Assembly (NCBI GenBank): GCA_965656495.1
Contig: CBFHKU010000002.1
Location: 32,001-96,000, forward strand
Length of the DNA stretch: 64,000 bases
Direction: 5' to 3'
Source: Coraliomargaritaceae bacterium
GTDB taxonomy: Bacteria; Verrucomicrobiota; Verrucomicrobiia; Opitutales; Coraliomargaritaceae
Below, piece after piece: positions 29,622 to 39,164 of this stretch. The notes under the pieces are model-generated. The model was not told the DNA's origin, made no database searches, and worked only from the letters and a program-made list of their open reading frames with translations. Both the position numbers and the translations under genes were made by a program. Position 1 is the stretch's first letter. Each line of letters opens with the position of its first letter.

Positions 29622-30602
29622 ATGATTCTCAATCCGAGTCGTGAAAGCCTAAAGCACTGTGCTGGTCTGATAAAAAAAGATGAGCTTGTCGCGGTGCCAA
29701 CGGAAACCGTCTATGGATTGGCTGGTAATGCACTCCGTGAATCTGCAGTGCGTAAGATTTTTGAAGTCAAAGGACGACCGTTGATTGATCCTCTGATTGT
29801 TCATTGCCCGAATTACCCTTCCGCGCTGGATTACATAGAGAGCAATCCATTAATCAAAAGCTTGGCTGAGGAGTTTTGGCCTGGCCCGCTAACCCTCATT
29901 GCGCGAAAGAAAGCCGTTATTCCTGACATAGTGACCGCCGGTCTAGAGAGTGTTGCGATCCGCGTTCCCGCACAAAAAGAGTTGCTTCAGCTGCTTGAAC
30001 TTTGCGGCGTACCATTGGCAGCACCCAGTGCCAATCCTTTTGGCTACGTCAGCCCCACAGAAGCAGCTCATGTCGAGCGAACTCTTGGTGGAAAATTGTC
30101 CGCAATTCTGGACGGGGGGCGTTGCCTGCACGGAGTAGAGTCTACAATTATTGACGTTCGAAATCCCAATGCCCCGGCGCTTTTGCGTTACGGCCCACTG
30201 GATCCTGCTGCCATTGAGAAAGAACTACAGCGCCCTTTGCAAATTCAGCAAAAAGGACGGGGCGAGGAAAAAGCGCAAACGGCTCCAGGTATGCTCAGCA
30301 AGCACTACAGCCCGCATGCCGAAGTTCATCTCATCGAGAAAGGAACCACTTATGATAACGCCAAGCTAGCCGGTAGGCGTTTCGCGCATGTCTTCCTAGA
30401 AAAACCGAACCCGATGCCGGAACATCCTGATTGCTTTTGGCTCACGGAAGACGGTTGTATGGAAACTGCGGCACGCAATCTTTTTGCATTAATGCAAACC
30501 CTCGATGCGCAGGCATACCGCTGTCTTGTTTTTGAGCTGGCAGAGGAAACAGGAATCGGCCTTGCGTTTAATGACCGCCTAAAGCGTGCTGCCGCGAAAT
30601 AG
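29622..30602 (+). CDS. sua5: L-threonylcarbamoyladenylate synthase (Sua5/TsaC2 with SUA5 domain)
   Basis: PTETVYGL, KGRP..DPLIVH, FWPGPLT, AAPSAN, APGMLSKHYSP, NDRLKRAA. Confidence 0.95.
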   Translation: MILNPSRESLKHCAGLIKKDELVAVPTETVYGLAGNALRESAVRKIFEVKGRPLIDPLIVHCPNYPSALDYIESNPLIKSLAEEFWPGPLTLIARKKAVIPDIVTAGLESVAIRVPAQKELLQLLELCGVPLAAPSANPFGYVSPTEAAHVERTLGGKLSAILDGGRCLHGVESTIIDVRNPNAPALLRYGPLDPAAIEKELQRPLQIQQKGRGEEKAQTAPGMLSKHYSPHAEVHLIEKGTTYDNAKLAGRRFAHVFLEKPNPMPEHPDCFWLTEDGCMETAARNLFALMQTLDAQAYRCLVFELAEETGIGLAFNDRLKRAAAK

Positions 30603-30605
30603 CAC

Positions 30606-30631
30606 AAAAAAGCCCGGATCTCATCCGGGCT
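30606..30631. terminator. Terminator between convergent sua5 and wzc
   Basis: AGCCCGGAT-CTC-ATCCGGGCT hairpin with an A-run on the left (T-run on the minus strand). Confidence 0.75.
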
Positions 30632-30657
30632 GTAATTGTTGATTTCTTGAGCCAATC

Positions 30658-33018
30658 TTACGTAGTTTGCTTTGAATCGCCCTCGTCATCGGACGAATCA
30701 GTCGTAGCGACCTCGGACATCTCCAAATCTGATTCTGGTTCCTGACTGTCATCCACTATGGACTCGAAATCGGCACTGAATTCATCTTCGGCACTCATAT
30801 AATAATTCTTATAACTCTTATCCGAGTACTGCGAGTAGTAGTAGCTCGACATAGTAGCAGAGACATAATTTAGAACGGCACCAAAAACCGGAACATTAGT
30901 TTCCCAAAGACGGCGAACATTTAGAACCGCAGTCTTGCGCTTAACCGAGTTGAATTTGATGACGTAGATAACTCCATCAACCAATGGCAACAAGATAAGC
31001 GCATCGCTAACCGCGGCAAGTGGCGGGGAGTCAATAATGATGCGGTCATAGCGATTCCTTAATTCCGCAACCATGTCCTGGAATTCAGTACTGTTGAGAG
31101 TCTGAGTTGGATTCTTTGATTTACCGCCGGTTGGCAACACGTCCATATTTGGATAAACTTCCTTAACAATAAGGTCATCAAGGCTTTCACCAGATTGTAT
31201 ATATCCCAAATGCCCTTTGGCATTTTCCAACTGCATTGAACGCGCGACATTAGGCAAGCGCAAGTCAGCATCTAAAAGCAGCGTCTTTTCACCATGATTG
31301 GCAAAAGTAAGAGCCATGTTGGAACTAATGAATGATTTACCTTCGCTGGGTACGGTACTGGTGGTGAGAATTACCTTCGCGTTTTTGCTTTCCTCATTGA
31401 GTCGAACTGAGGAATAGATAGACCGGAAAGTCTCAGTAACATGCCGGTCGGCGTTTGAGGCAACCGCCTGAGCTTTGGAAGCCGTATCAAGCTTTTTGAT
31501 TTTTGTAATAACACCCAATAACGGAAGGCCAACGGAACCTTCAATATCGAAGGCACTTTTAATCCGGTCATCCAGGAATGCCACGATGAGAACCAATGCC
31601 ACCCCAATTCCAACACCACCAAAGGCTCCGGCAGCTAAATTGATCGCAATGTTGGGAGAAGAGTGTTTTATCGGAGGTAAGGCTTCGTCGATGATGCGGG
31701 CATTGGGATTCTTTAAATTAACCAATGTTTTTTGCATGGTCATCCGACTCACAATCACTTGCAAGTAGCCCTGCTGAACTTCAAATTCGCGATACAAGGT
31801 ATTGTATTCAACGCCAGTTTTACTCAACGCTATAAGCTCCGCTTCCTTTTCTGCCAATCGTTTGCTGGCGACTTCAAAATTCTCTTTGGATTCGGCATAG
31901 GTTGCGTAAATTTTATCGACTGCGTTTTGCACCGCCAAGAGGAGCTCAGCTTCAGATTCCTGGTAGGCCTGAACCAGCGAAATCATAGTCGGGTGCTTTT
32001 CCCGGTAACGCTTTTTAAGGGCAGAAATGTCAATTTTTGTTGTAGAAATGGACTGAAGCAATGACGCAACCCGCGGTTGCTCTGCAACAAATGACAATTC
32101 CCACAAATCGCGCTTCTCACGGCGGTAAGTCTCAACTAAATTCCACTGCGTTTCAGCGATATCAAAATTGTTCTTATTTTGTGATTTTATCGCGTTTAAA
32201 GTTTTAAGCTGCTCGTTTGCAATATTCTCTTGTTGGTTCAGCGATACAGCATTGTGCTTTTCGCGATACTCCGCTAACTTAAGTTCGAGTTCTTCAACCC
32301 GCTCACGCTGTTGGTCAGCACGCACTCGCAAATCCTCAACCGCTTTCATCGCAGCATCGATGCTTTTAGTGAGATTGTGATTGATAAATTCCTCCGCGAA
32401 CAAATTTGCAACCCGTGATGCAATTATTGGATCTGGATGCGAATAGGCAATGTTAACCATCAAACTCATTCGTTGAGGAATCACTTTTCTATTTTTCCCA
32501 AGCACCTCTGCGGGAGTCAGTGCACCTGTGAGGTTGAAGCTATCCTGATAAGGAGCCATGAAGCGCTTCAGCTCATCTTCCTGAAGACGTTGCTGTACTC
32601 CTTTAATGATTGAGCCACTGTTTAAAACACTGATCTGCGTGTTTAAATCCTCTGCACTACGAATTTGGTTGGGTTCCATTTCGGTACCCTCCTCAATCGC
32701 AGCAGGATCATCACGCAAAACCTGCATGGTTGCAACTGCAGTAAAAACCTTGGTTTTGTTAAAGGTGTAAAGGATAGACCCTGAGAAAATTATGAAGAAT
32801 GCAACGATAAGATACCAGATGCGCTCTCGAAACATGAGAATATAGTCTTTGGCCGTACGTTGCGGCCCAGAGGTTCCATAACCTTCTGATCCATAACCCC
32901 CGTAACCATAATTACCACCACCGCTATAACCGTAATTGCCGCCACCATATCCGTAACCATAACCACCGTAACCGCCTGAGTTGGGATCGGGTCCACCTTT
33001 AACGTAATTGTTTTTCAT
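30658..33018 (-). CDS. wzc: Polysaccharide co-polymerase / tyrosine autokinase (Wzc/GumC family)
   Basis: Two TMs flanking a coiled coil; TSTVPSEGKS Walker A, LLDADLRLP, IIIDSPP; C-terminal Tyr cluster SSYYYSQYSDKSYKNYY. Confidence 0.92.
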   Translation of the reverse strand: MKNNYVKGGPDPNSGGYGGYGYGYGGGNYGYSGGGNYGYGGYGSEGYGTSGPQRTAKDYILMFRERIWYLIVAFFIIFSGSILYTFNKTKVFTAVATMQVLRDDPAAIEEGTEMEPNQIRSAEDLNTQISVLNSGSIIKGVQQRLQEDELKRFMAPYQDSFNLTGALTPAEVLGKNRKVIPQRMSLMVNIAYSHPDPIIASRVANLFAEEFINHNLTKSIDAAMKAVEDLRVRADQQRERVEELELKLAEYREKHNAVSLNQQENIANEQLKTLNAIKSQNKNNFDIAETQWNLVETYRREKRDLWELSFVAEQPRVASLLQSISTTKIDISALKKRYREKHPTMISLVQAYQESEAELLLAVQNAVDKIYATYAESKENFEVASKRLAEKEAELIALSKTGVEYNTLYREFEVQQGYLQVIVSRMTMQKTLVNLKNPNARIIDEALPPIKHSSPNIAINLAAGAFGGVGIGVALVLIVAFLDDRIKSAFDIEGSVGLPLLGVITKIKKLDTASKAQAVASNADRHVTETFRSIYSSVRLNEESKNAKVILTTSTVPSEGKSFISSNMALTFANHGEKTLLLDADLRLPNVARSMQLENAKGHLGYIQSGESLDDLIVKEVYPNMDVLPTGGKSKNPTQTLNSTEFQDMVAELRNRYDRIIIDSPPLAAVSDALILLPLVDGVIYVIKFNSVKRKTAVLNVRRLWETNVPVFGAVLNYVSATMSSYYYSQYSDKSYKNYYMSAEDEFSADFESIVDDSQEPESDLEMSEVATTDSSDDEGDSKQTT

Positions 33019-33030
33019 TATAAATGTCTC

Positions 33031-33666
33031 TTAAATTAAGCGCTCGGGAACTGTTATTGTATCCCCTTCCTTTAAAATAATATCTTTAGCTTCGCCTCTG
33101 CGAATTTCGTCGTAATCGACATCAAAGGGCTTGGAGCCATCGTTGCGCTTGATTCGAACTTTTCGCGCATTACCTAGGCGTGTCACTCCTCTGGACTGAG
33201 AAATGGCGTCAATCAAAGTTAAATCAGAATCAGGTGGCATGGGCACCTTCCCAGGATTGCCAACCATACCCAAGACATGGACAAACTTTGGTGCAAACTC
33301 AATGATTTGCAGCGAGACTTGGGGATCAACTAAAAAATCCCGGTTGTAGAGATCGGTAACAAGCGACTGCGCTTCAGCTATCGTCATCCCAGCCAACTTT
33401 ACTTTGCCGATTAATGCTAATGCAACCGTGCCATCACCCTCGATGCGGACTGCTTTGTCTAAATCGCGCTCTTGATATACCTGCAATTCAACGACATCCG
33501 AGGTTTTTAAGATATAATTTTCGCTTACAGCGACCCCGTAAGATGAAGCCGAACTGTAAGTGTTACCACCGCCGGAACCACCTTGACTGTTGCCAGAATC
33601 TTGGGCTGTTAGAGTTTGAGCAATGCTCAAGGTTAAATATAGGAAAAAAAGTCTGCTTAATTTCAT
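33031..33666 (-). CDS. wza: Polysaccharide export OPX protein, short form (Poly_export + SLBB)
   Basis: YILKTSDVVELQVYQE.DL, DGTVALALIG.VKLAG.T, VLGMVGNPG, LKEGDTITVPE. Confidence 0.88.
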   Translation of the reverse strand: MKLSRLFFLYLTLSIAQTLTAQDSGNSQGGSGGGNTYSSASSYGVAVSENYILKTSDVVELQVYQERDLDKAVRIEGDGTVALALIGKVKLAGMTIAEAQSLVTDLYNRDFLVDPQVSLQIIEFAPKFVHVLGMVGNPGKVPMPPDSDLTLIDAISQSRGVTRLGNARKVRIKRNDGSKPFDVDYDEIRRGEAKDIILKEGDTITVPERLI

Positions 33667-33672
33667 AACATT

Positions 33673-33698
33673 AAAAAATGCCTCCTAAGAGGCATTTT
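33673..33698 (-). terminator. Intra-operon intrinsic terminator between the beta-barrel gene and wza
   Basis: Perfect AAAATGCCTC-CTAA-GAGGCATTTT hairpin with a T6 tail on the minus strand. Confidence 0.7.
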
Positions 33699-33728
33699 GT
33701 GACCAATAAAATCTGATTTGGTTCAATA

Positions 33729-34877
33729 TTAATATGTAAGTGCTGCAGCAAATGTTATAATATTGTCGTCATAACTAGAGCCAACTTGGTTTGAATCATT
33801 GTTAGAGAAGACATAACCCGCATTTAGATTCCAATAGCTGTTTAGGCGGTAAATACCGTTGAGTCCAAGGGTTAGCAAATCATCTTCACGACTGCTGGCC
33901 AAATAATCGCGTATTTTATATCCCGCCCTACCCGTAAGGGAAATTTTATTGTTGAGCGCGTAGGATGTAACCCAGTCAAGTTTAGTTTCCTCAGTTCCGT
34001 TTCCGGTGGCCGAGGCATCGAAATCCTGATAGAGACTGATTCTGTGCGTGAGTTTAGCGCTTACGGACCACGTCAGACCGGAATCAAGACTCATAGAAGT
34101 GGTGTCGCGACTGGAATTATCGTTCTCATACTGATTGTAACCTACTTTAAAGTAACCAACCAGCTTGGGTAGCAATTCACCTCGTAAACCAACATTAAAT
34201 TCATTTGATGTTGCATCTCGACCAGCAGACTCAACATCGATTTGTTTATGCACATAACCCACACTGAGATCCATCTTGGGCGTCAATTCGTAATAAACAT
34301 CCACTGGAAGCTTCAGGTATTCACGGTCGCTGTAGCTGGCAGCATAATCTCCGACGTACGCGATCTCATCCCAGTTTATCCCGGCCTTGACACTAAATTT
34401 CGGGGAGAGCGTGTATTCGCCATTGATACCCAGTGCAGATAGCTCTCTTTCAAGCAAAGTGCCTTCACGGTTCGCGAGCTCATTATTCGATTTAGTTTCA
34501 ACATAACTCGCATTTGCCGAGAGTGCCAAACGACTGGTTCGGTAAGCTGCATTCGCACGCAAGCTCAAGAGCTCAGAATCTAACTCGTCATTATCTTGGT
34601 ATTTATTAATGTCGTAACTGGTGGAAAGACCGATATCAAGATCAGTGGCGTTTCTGCCCAACACAGCGCTGAATCCGGGAGAAAATACCAGCACGGTGTC
34701 TGACACTTCTCTGAATTCTTGCCGAAAAATGTTAGAATCCCACTTGATCGTGGAGTTACCAGTAAATGAAATGGTACCAATGTCTCCGATGGTTACAAGC
34801 GGCGCACCGTTAGTTTGAAGTGCTGCCACTGTAATGCTAAATAGTGCCAGAAAGAATCTATTTTTTAACAATTTCAT
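33729..34877 (-). CDS. Outer-membrane beta-barrel protein (BBP2-like, EPS export associated)
   Basis: Signal peptide from MKLLKNRFF, DSNIF motif, many amphipathic strands, C-terminal ...AAALTY; upstream of wza-wzc. Confidence 0.8.
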   Translation of the reverse strand: MKLLKNRFFLALFSITVAALQTNGAPLVTIGDIGTISFTGNSTIKWDSNIFRQEFREVSDTVLVFSPGFSAVLGRNATDLDIGLSTSYDINKYQDNDELDSELLSLRANAAYRTSRLALSANASYVETKSNNELANREGTLLERELSALGINGEYTLSPKFSVKAGINWDEIAYVGDYAASYSDREYLKLPVDVYYELTPKMDLSVGYVHKQIDVESAGRDATSNEFNVGLRGELLPKLVGYFKVGYNQYENDNSSRDTTSMSLDSGLTWSVSAKLTHRISLYQDFDASATGNGTEETKLDWVTSYALNNKISLTGRAGYKIRDYLASSREDDLLTLGLNGIYRLNSYWNLNAGYVFSNNDSNQVGSSYDDNIITFAAALTY

Positions 34878-35043
34878 AAAGTAAAATAGAAGACCTAATT
34901 GAACGTGGGTCAACAAATAAATTAAATTATGCTTTAATTTTAAAATTAGCGCCTTGTGGGCTGTTTGCAGAGGTTGGGCTTTTTTCATTGAACAATGATA
35001 CAGCCATTGGTTTAATATCTTAAATAATTTTTTCGCATTTACC

Positions 35044-36717
35044 ATGAATAACCCAAACACAAAACCCAAACCCGCTGCCCTGGAGCGTCCCATCCTTTTT
35101 GGCTTTGCTGTCCAAAGGAGGCGGCCCGACGGCCAAATAACAGTCTCTCTACGGTGGTTGCGGGTTATCGGCGTCTTCCTTGCCCTTTTTTTCACAGCTT
35201 GGATCAGTACTGCGGGCGCACTCTACTACTGGTTCAAATTCAAAAAGGATTTTGAAACAGTAAGCTTCAAGGGTATGATCACATTGCCCTTCCGTCTGGA
35301 CGAACACCGTGTAGAGATGGGTGATTATCACGTCGAAAAGGGCTTAGCGCAGTTTAAAGAGGGAGAATTTCGCGATGCATTAACTTTTTTGCGTCTAGGT
35401 GTGACGCGCTCACCGGGCAATCTAGAAGGGCGCCTCCTCCTTGCAGAATTTTACGAGCAACTCCTCAAACGCGTCGACATTGCGTCGGGACTTCTGTGCC
35501 AAGGACTGGAGCACGGTGGAATCGATGATATTAACTATTTAAAGGCAACACTTCGTCTGCTCTTGAAACATCAACAAGATGCCGAAGTCCAGAAAATCGC
35601 CGACACTTACTTGCCCGAAGAAACCCTTATCAATGACCGCAACCGTGTCCTCGCCTTTGGTGCTGCTCAGGCTAATTTCCTGCGCGGCAACTACGACAGG
35701 GCCGATGACTATATCTCAATCTATGAATTAAATGTATCGGTTGAAGGCGTACTGCTTTCCGCTCAAATAAACTGGAACCGCGGACACAAGGATACTGCAA
35801 TCCGTAAATTAAAGCTCAACCTAAAGAGCTTCAAAAACAACGAGAGCATTTTAATGCAGCTGAGCCGCTACCACCGCGAGTTGGGCGAGGTCGAAGAAGC
35901 CAGAAAATATGCTATCATGCGCAATCTCGCCAATCCTTTGAGTGCCGCACCACGCATCGAACTCCTTTACATCTATAACAAGTCCGGCGATGTTGAACGC
36001 GAAGAACGAGAGACCCGACGTGTCCTTCAACAATTCCGCGATGACCCTAACGCACTTCAAGCAATCGCCAACTTTGCCGCCGATAGCGGTAACATCGAGC
36101 TGGCACGACACTGTTACGAAGAAGCGCTCGAAAACGAGTTTGGCATTGATGCCTTCGCTTTGCTGATGATCGAAGCTCACCTCGTAGACAAAGACTACGA
36201 AGGCGCGCTTGCATTTGCTGAAGAACTCGACAAAGAGCGACCCGAGTGGCTCAATAAACGCAGGGATGTTTTTAATAGTTTAAGGGCGGTCGCCTCCTAC
36301 GGAATTAACCGACCTGATTTTGGTGATATTTATCTCAGTGAATTTATTAACGGCGAAAACATCAATCCGTCGCAATATTTTGCAGTCGCCAACCGCCTGA
36401 TCAATATCGGAGAGTTGAAAAATGCACGCCTCGTTTTACTAGAAGCCTTCAAGCGCACCCCCAACAATCAGCGCGTTTTGTCCGAACTCATCAACGTTGA
36501 TCTCGAACTTGGCTACACAGAGAATTTATACGATTTATTGAAGCGCTTCCTGCAAATGCGCCGACCACAACCCGAAATCATTCTCAAAGCCTACCGCAAA
36601 CTTGGTAGTGATCGGTTTATATTTACACCCAACCGCGAAAGCCTCCTCATTGACCTCAATGCCATGCTTCGTGAGAATGCCGAGACGATTGCACGGTTTC
36701 AATCTGAAAAATCCTGA
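35044..36717 (+). CDS. Membrane-anchored TPR-like helical protein
   Basis: One N-terminal TM, TPR-like segments (GLAQFKEGEFRDAL...RSPGNLEGRLLLAEFY). Confidence 0.7.
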   Translation: MNNPNTKPKPAALERPILFGFAVQRRRPDGQITVSLRWLRVIGVFLALFFTAWISTAGALYYWFKFKKDFETVSFKGMITLPFRLDEHRVEMGDYHVEKGLAQFKEGEFRDALTFLRLGVTRSPGNLEGRLLLAEFYEQLLKRVDIASGLLCQGLEHGGIDDINYLKATLRLLLKHQQDAEVQKIADTYLPEETLINDRNRVLAFGAAQANFLRGNYDRADDYISIYELNVSVEGVLLSAQINWNRGHKDTAIRKLKLNLKSFKNNESILMQLSRYHRELGEVEEARKYAIMRNLANPLSAAPRIELLYIYNKSGDVEREERETRRVLQQFRDDPNALQAIANFAADSGNIELARHCYEEALENEFGIDAFALLMIEAHLVDKDYEGALAFAEELDKERPEWLNKRRDVFNSLRAVASYGINRPDFGDIYLSEFINGENINPSQYFAVANRLINIGELKNARLVLLEAFKRTPNNQRVLSELINVDLELGYTENLYDLLKRFLQMRRPQPEIILKAYRKLGSDRFIFTPNRESLLIDLNAMLRENAETIARFQSEKS

Positions 36718-36720
36718 TAC

Positions 36721-37995
36721 TTAGCGACCTTGCGCCTCCACTACCCGCACGCGGGTCGTCAATACACGTCGATCATCGACACGTTCAATCTCTATACGCA
36801 AACCGTGCGCCTCCAATTTCTCCCCTGCTCCCGGGATACGCCCGAGTTCTCCCGCTACTAAACCGCCAAAGGTCGAAACCGCATCATTCTTGATCTCAAC
36901 CCCCAAACGGGCTTCCACATCATGGATCGGAGCTTGCCCTGAGATTTGATAATATCCCGACTCCTGTAATGCCTCAATCGGGTCCTCCTCGCTGTCGAAC
37001 TCGTCCTGAATATCTCCAACCAATTCTTCAAGTATACGTTCGAGAGTTACCACACCCAGGGCACCTCCAAAGTTGTCGTAGACCAAGCCCATATGAAACT
37101 TGGTTCGCAGCATGCGCTGGAGCGCCTCTTCCAGTGGTGTTTCCAGTAGAAAACTGCCGGTTGGCCGCATCAGAGCATCCGGGTTCATCGCTAATTCTCC
37201 CGCCTCGCTTCGAAAAATATCCTTGATATGTACGATGCCAAGGCAGTCATCCAAATCACCGCGACAGAGAGGATACCGCGTGTGCCCGGCACGCTTCATG
37301 CGGCTCAAATTAGTCGCCAAATCTTCATTAAGATCAAAAATGACCACTTCGTTTCTTGGCAAGAGGACATCGTGCACCACTAAATCCTGCATTTGAATCG
37401 AACGATTCACAATAGAGCGCACCACCGGCGATAAAAGCGTATGATCAAGCCCTAAAGCACGCAACTGAACTGCGACATCCATTGGGTCGGGCGCGACGTC
37501 ACTGACACGCAGCTTTTTGAAAATAAACTCCTTGACCGAGAGGACTCGCAAAGGGAACAAGACGAGTTTCAAGAAAATCAAGAGGGGGGCGGCTAAACGC
37601 AGGGCAGCCACTGGATAACGCATTGCCAGCCCCCGGGGAAAGTAATCACCCAAGCAATAGAGCAGCAAAATTAGCAGCAATCCTACCGGCAGTATAACCA
37701 CCCAATTGGCCAAACCTGCCAACGGGAAATGTATCAATACAAATAGGGAAAAATGAACCCCCAAGCCCAAAAGACATAGCACCTTACCAAAACGCAAGAC
37801 TGCTCCTGCACTGCCCCCCTCACCCAGCAACTTTGCGATACCCTTCCACTTTCTTAATTCATCCAATCCGGAACGCGCGACCTTCCCATAACGGACCAAG
37901 ATCAGACTGGTCTCACCCATCACCAGAAGGGCGTACAGGAGCAGGAAAATCGCAAAGGTGATTACCGGAAAAAACATATTTATAAAACCAGACAT
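36721..37995 (-). CDS. Hemolysin/CNNM family protein (DUF21-CBS-CBS-CorC)
   Basis: GDYFPRGLA, GHTRYPL, GIVHIKD, GVVTLERILEELVGDIQDEFD; TAATG coupling with hisC. Confidence 0.9.
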   Translation of the reverse strand: MSGFINMFFPVITFAIFLLLYALLVMGETSLILVRYGKVARSGLDELRKWKGIAKLLGEGGSAGAVLRFGKVLCLLGLGVHFSLFVLIHFPLAGLANWVVILPVGLLLILLLYCLGDYFPRGLAMRYPVAALRLAAPLLIFLKLVLFPLRVLSVKEFIFKKLRVSDVAPDPMDVAVQLRALGLDHTLLSPVVRSIVNRSIQMQDLVVHDVLLPRNEVVIFDLNEDLATNLSRMKRAGHTRYPLCRGDLDDCLGIVHIKDIFRSEAGELAMNPDALMRPTGSFLLETPLEEALQRMLRTKFHMGLVYDNFGGALGVVTLERILEELVGDIQDEFDSEEDPIEALQESGYYQISGQAPIHDVEARLGVEIKNDAVSTFGGLVAGELGRIPGAGEKLEAHGLRIEIERVDDRRVLTTRVRVVEAQGR

Positions 37996-39104
37996 TATGC
38001 CGGCACCGACTCACTTCCCAACCAAGCCTGCATCGCTGTAAGTAGACGCTCATTCTCCTCCTGCTTGCCAATCGTGATACGCACATATTCGGGCATCCCG
38101 TAAACATCCAGCGGGCGCACAATAATCCCCTGCGACTGCAAGGCACGGAAGCAAGCGGAACCATCCCCCACCCGCGTCAGCACAAAATTTGCCGACCCGC
38201 CAAAGGTCTCGAAACCCATCGCATTCAAGCCCGAAACCAGAACCTTCCGCCCCGCCGCATTCTCGCGGCGACACATTTCATAAAATTCCACATCACCGAG
38301 CGCCGCCACCGCAGCTGCCTGAGCCACCGCATTGACATTAAACGGTTGCCGCACCCGTTGCAGCAAAGCCACCAATTCCGGATTCCCGTAACCATAGCCA
38401 ACCCGCAGGCCTCCCAGACCATAGATTTTGGAAAAAGTGCGCAGACAAAAAACCTTGCGCCCCGCCGAAATCGCAGCTCGCAAATCCGGAGCCGTATCGA
38501 GGTATTCTGCGTAAGCCTCATCCAAACAAAAGATCACATGCTCCGGCAAATCCTCTGCTAAAGCCAGCAACTCCCCGGCCTCGTTCGCCGCACCGGTCGG
38601 ATTGTTGGGACTCGCCACAAACAAAAGACGCGTCCGTTCCGTAACAGCCGCACGCATTGCGCATAAATCATGCGCAAAATCCTTCATCGGCACCTCCACC
38701 GCAGTCGCCCCAAAAAGACGCGTTACCAATTTATAAACGATAAAAGCCTGTGCACCCATGACCACCTCAACTCCAGGCCGTAAAAAGACGTGTCCCAATA
38801 ATTCAATGATCTCATTCGATCCATTCCCGGGAATGACCGCATCCGGATCAACTCCGCGCTCTGCCGCAATCGCCTCCCGCAACAAATGCCCCGCCCCATC
38901 CGGGTAAATATGCGCCGTTTCCATCGCGGCGCGACCCGCTACCATTGCCAAAGGCGAGGGCCCATAAGGATTTTCATTGGAGGCCAACTTCGCAACCTCA
39001 TCCGGCACAAGTCCAAATTCCTGCGCAACCTGCGCAATAGGTTTTCCCGGTTCGTAGACCGGTTGTGCCAAGACCCCGGCATTCGCTAAATCAGCGTTGT
39101 TCAT
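37995..39104 (-). CDS. hisC: Histidinol-phosphate aminotransferase
   Basis: YEPGKP, KLASNENP, GNGSNE, SPNNPTG, DEAY, RTFSKIYGLGGLRVGY. Confidence 0.95.
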   Translation of the reverse strand: MNNADLANAGVLAQPVYEPGKPIAQVAQEFGLVPDEVAKLASNENPYGPSPLAMVAGRAAMETAHIYPDGAGHLLREAIAAERGVDPDAVIPGNGSNEIIELLGHVFLRPGVEVVMGAQAFIVYKLVTRLFGATAVEVPMKDFAHDLCAMRAAVTERTRLLFVASPNNPTGAANEAGELLALAEDLPEHVIFCLDEAYAEYLDTAPDLRAAISAGRKVFCLRTFSKIYGLGGLRVGYGYGNPELVALLQRVRQPFNVNAVAQAAAVAALGDVEFYEMCRRENAAGRKVLVSGLNAMGFETFGGSANFVLTRVGDGSACFRALQSQGIIVRPLDVYGMPEYVRITIGKQEENERLLTAMQAWLGSESVPA

Positions 39105-39164
39105 TAATTGTTTCCAATCTGCGAGCTTCCTGTTTCATTGCAACAAAAACCAAGTAATAATCTT

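Noticed and set aside
34878..35195. 105-aa N-terminal extension of the beta-barrel ORF (similarly cfa 8605-8829 and comEC/rarA overlaps)
   Set aside because: The extensions overlap neighbouring genes. For the barrel the signal peptide begins at ATG 34877; for the others, downstream ATGs remove the overlap.
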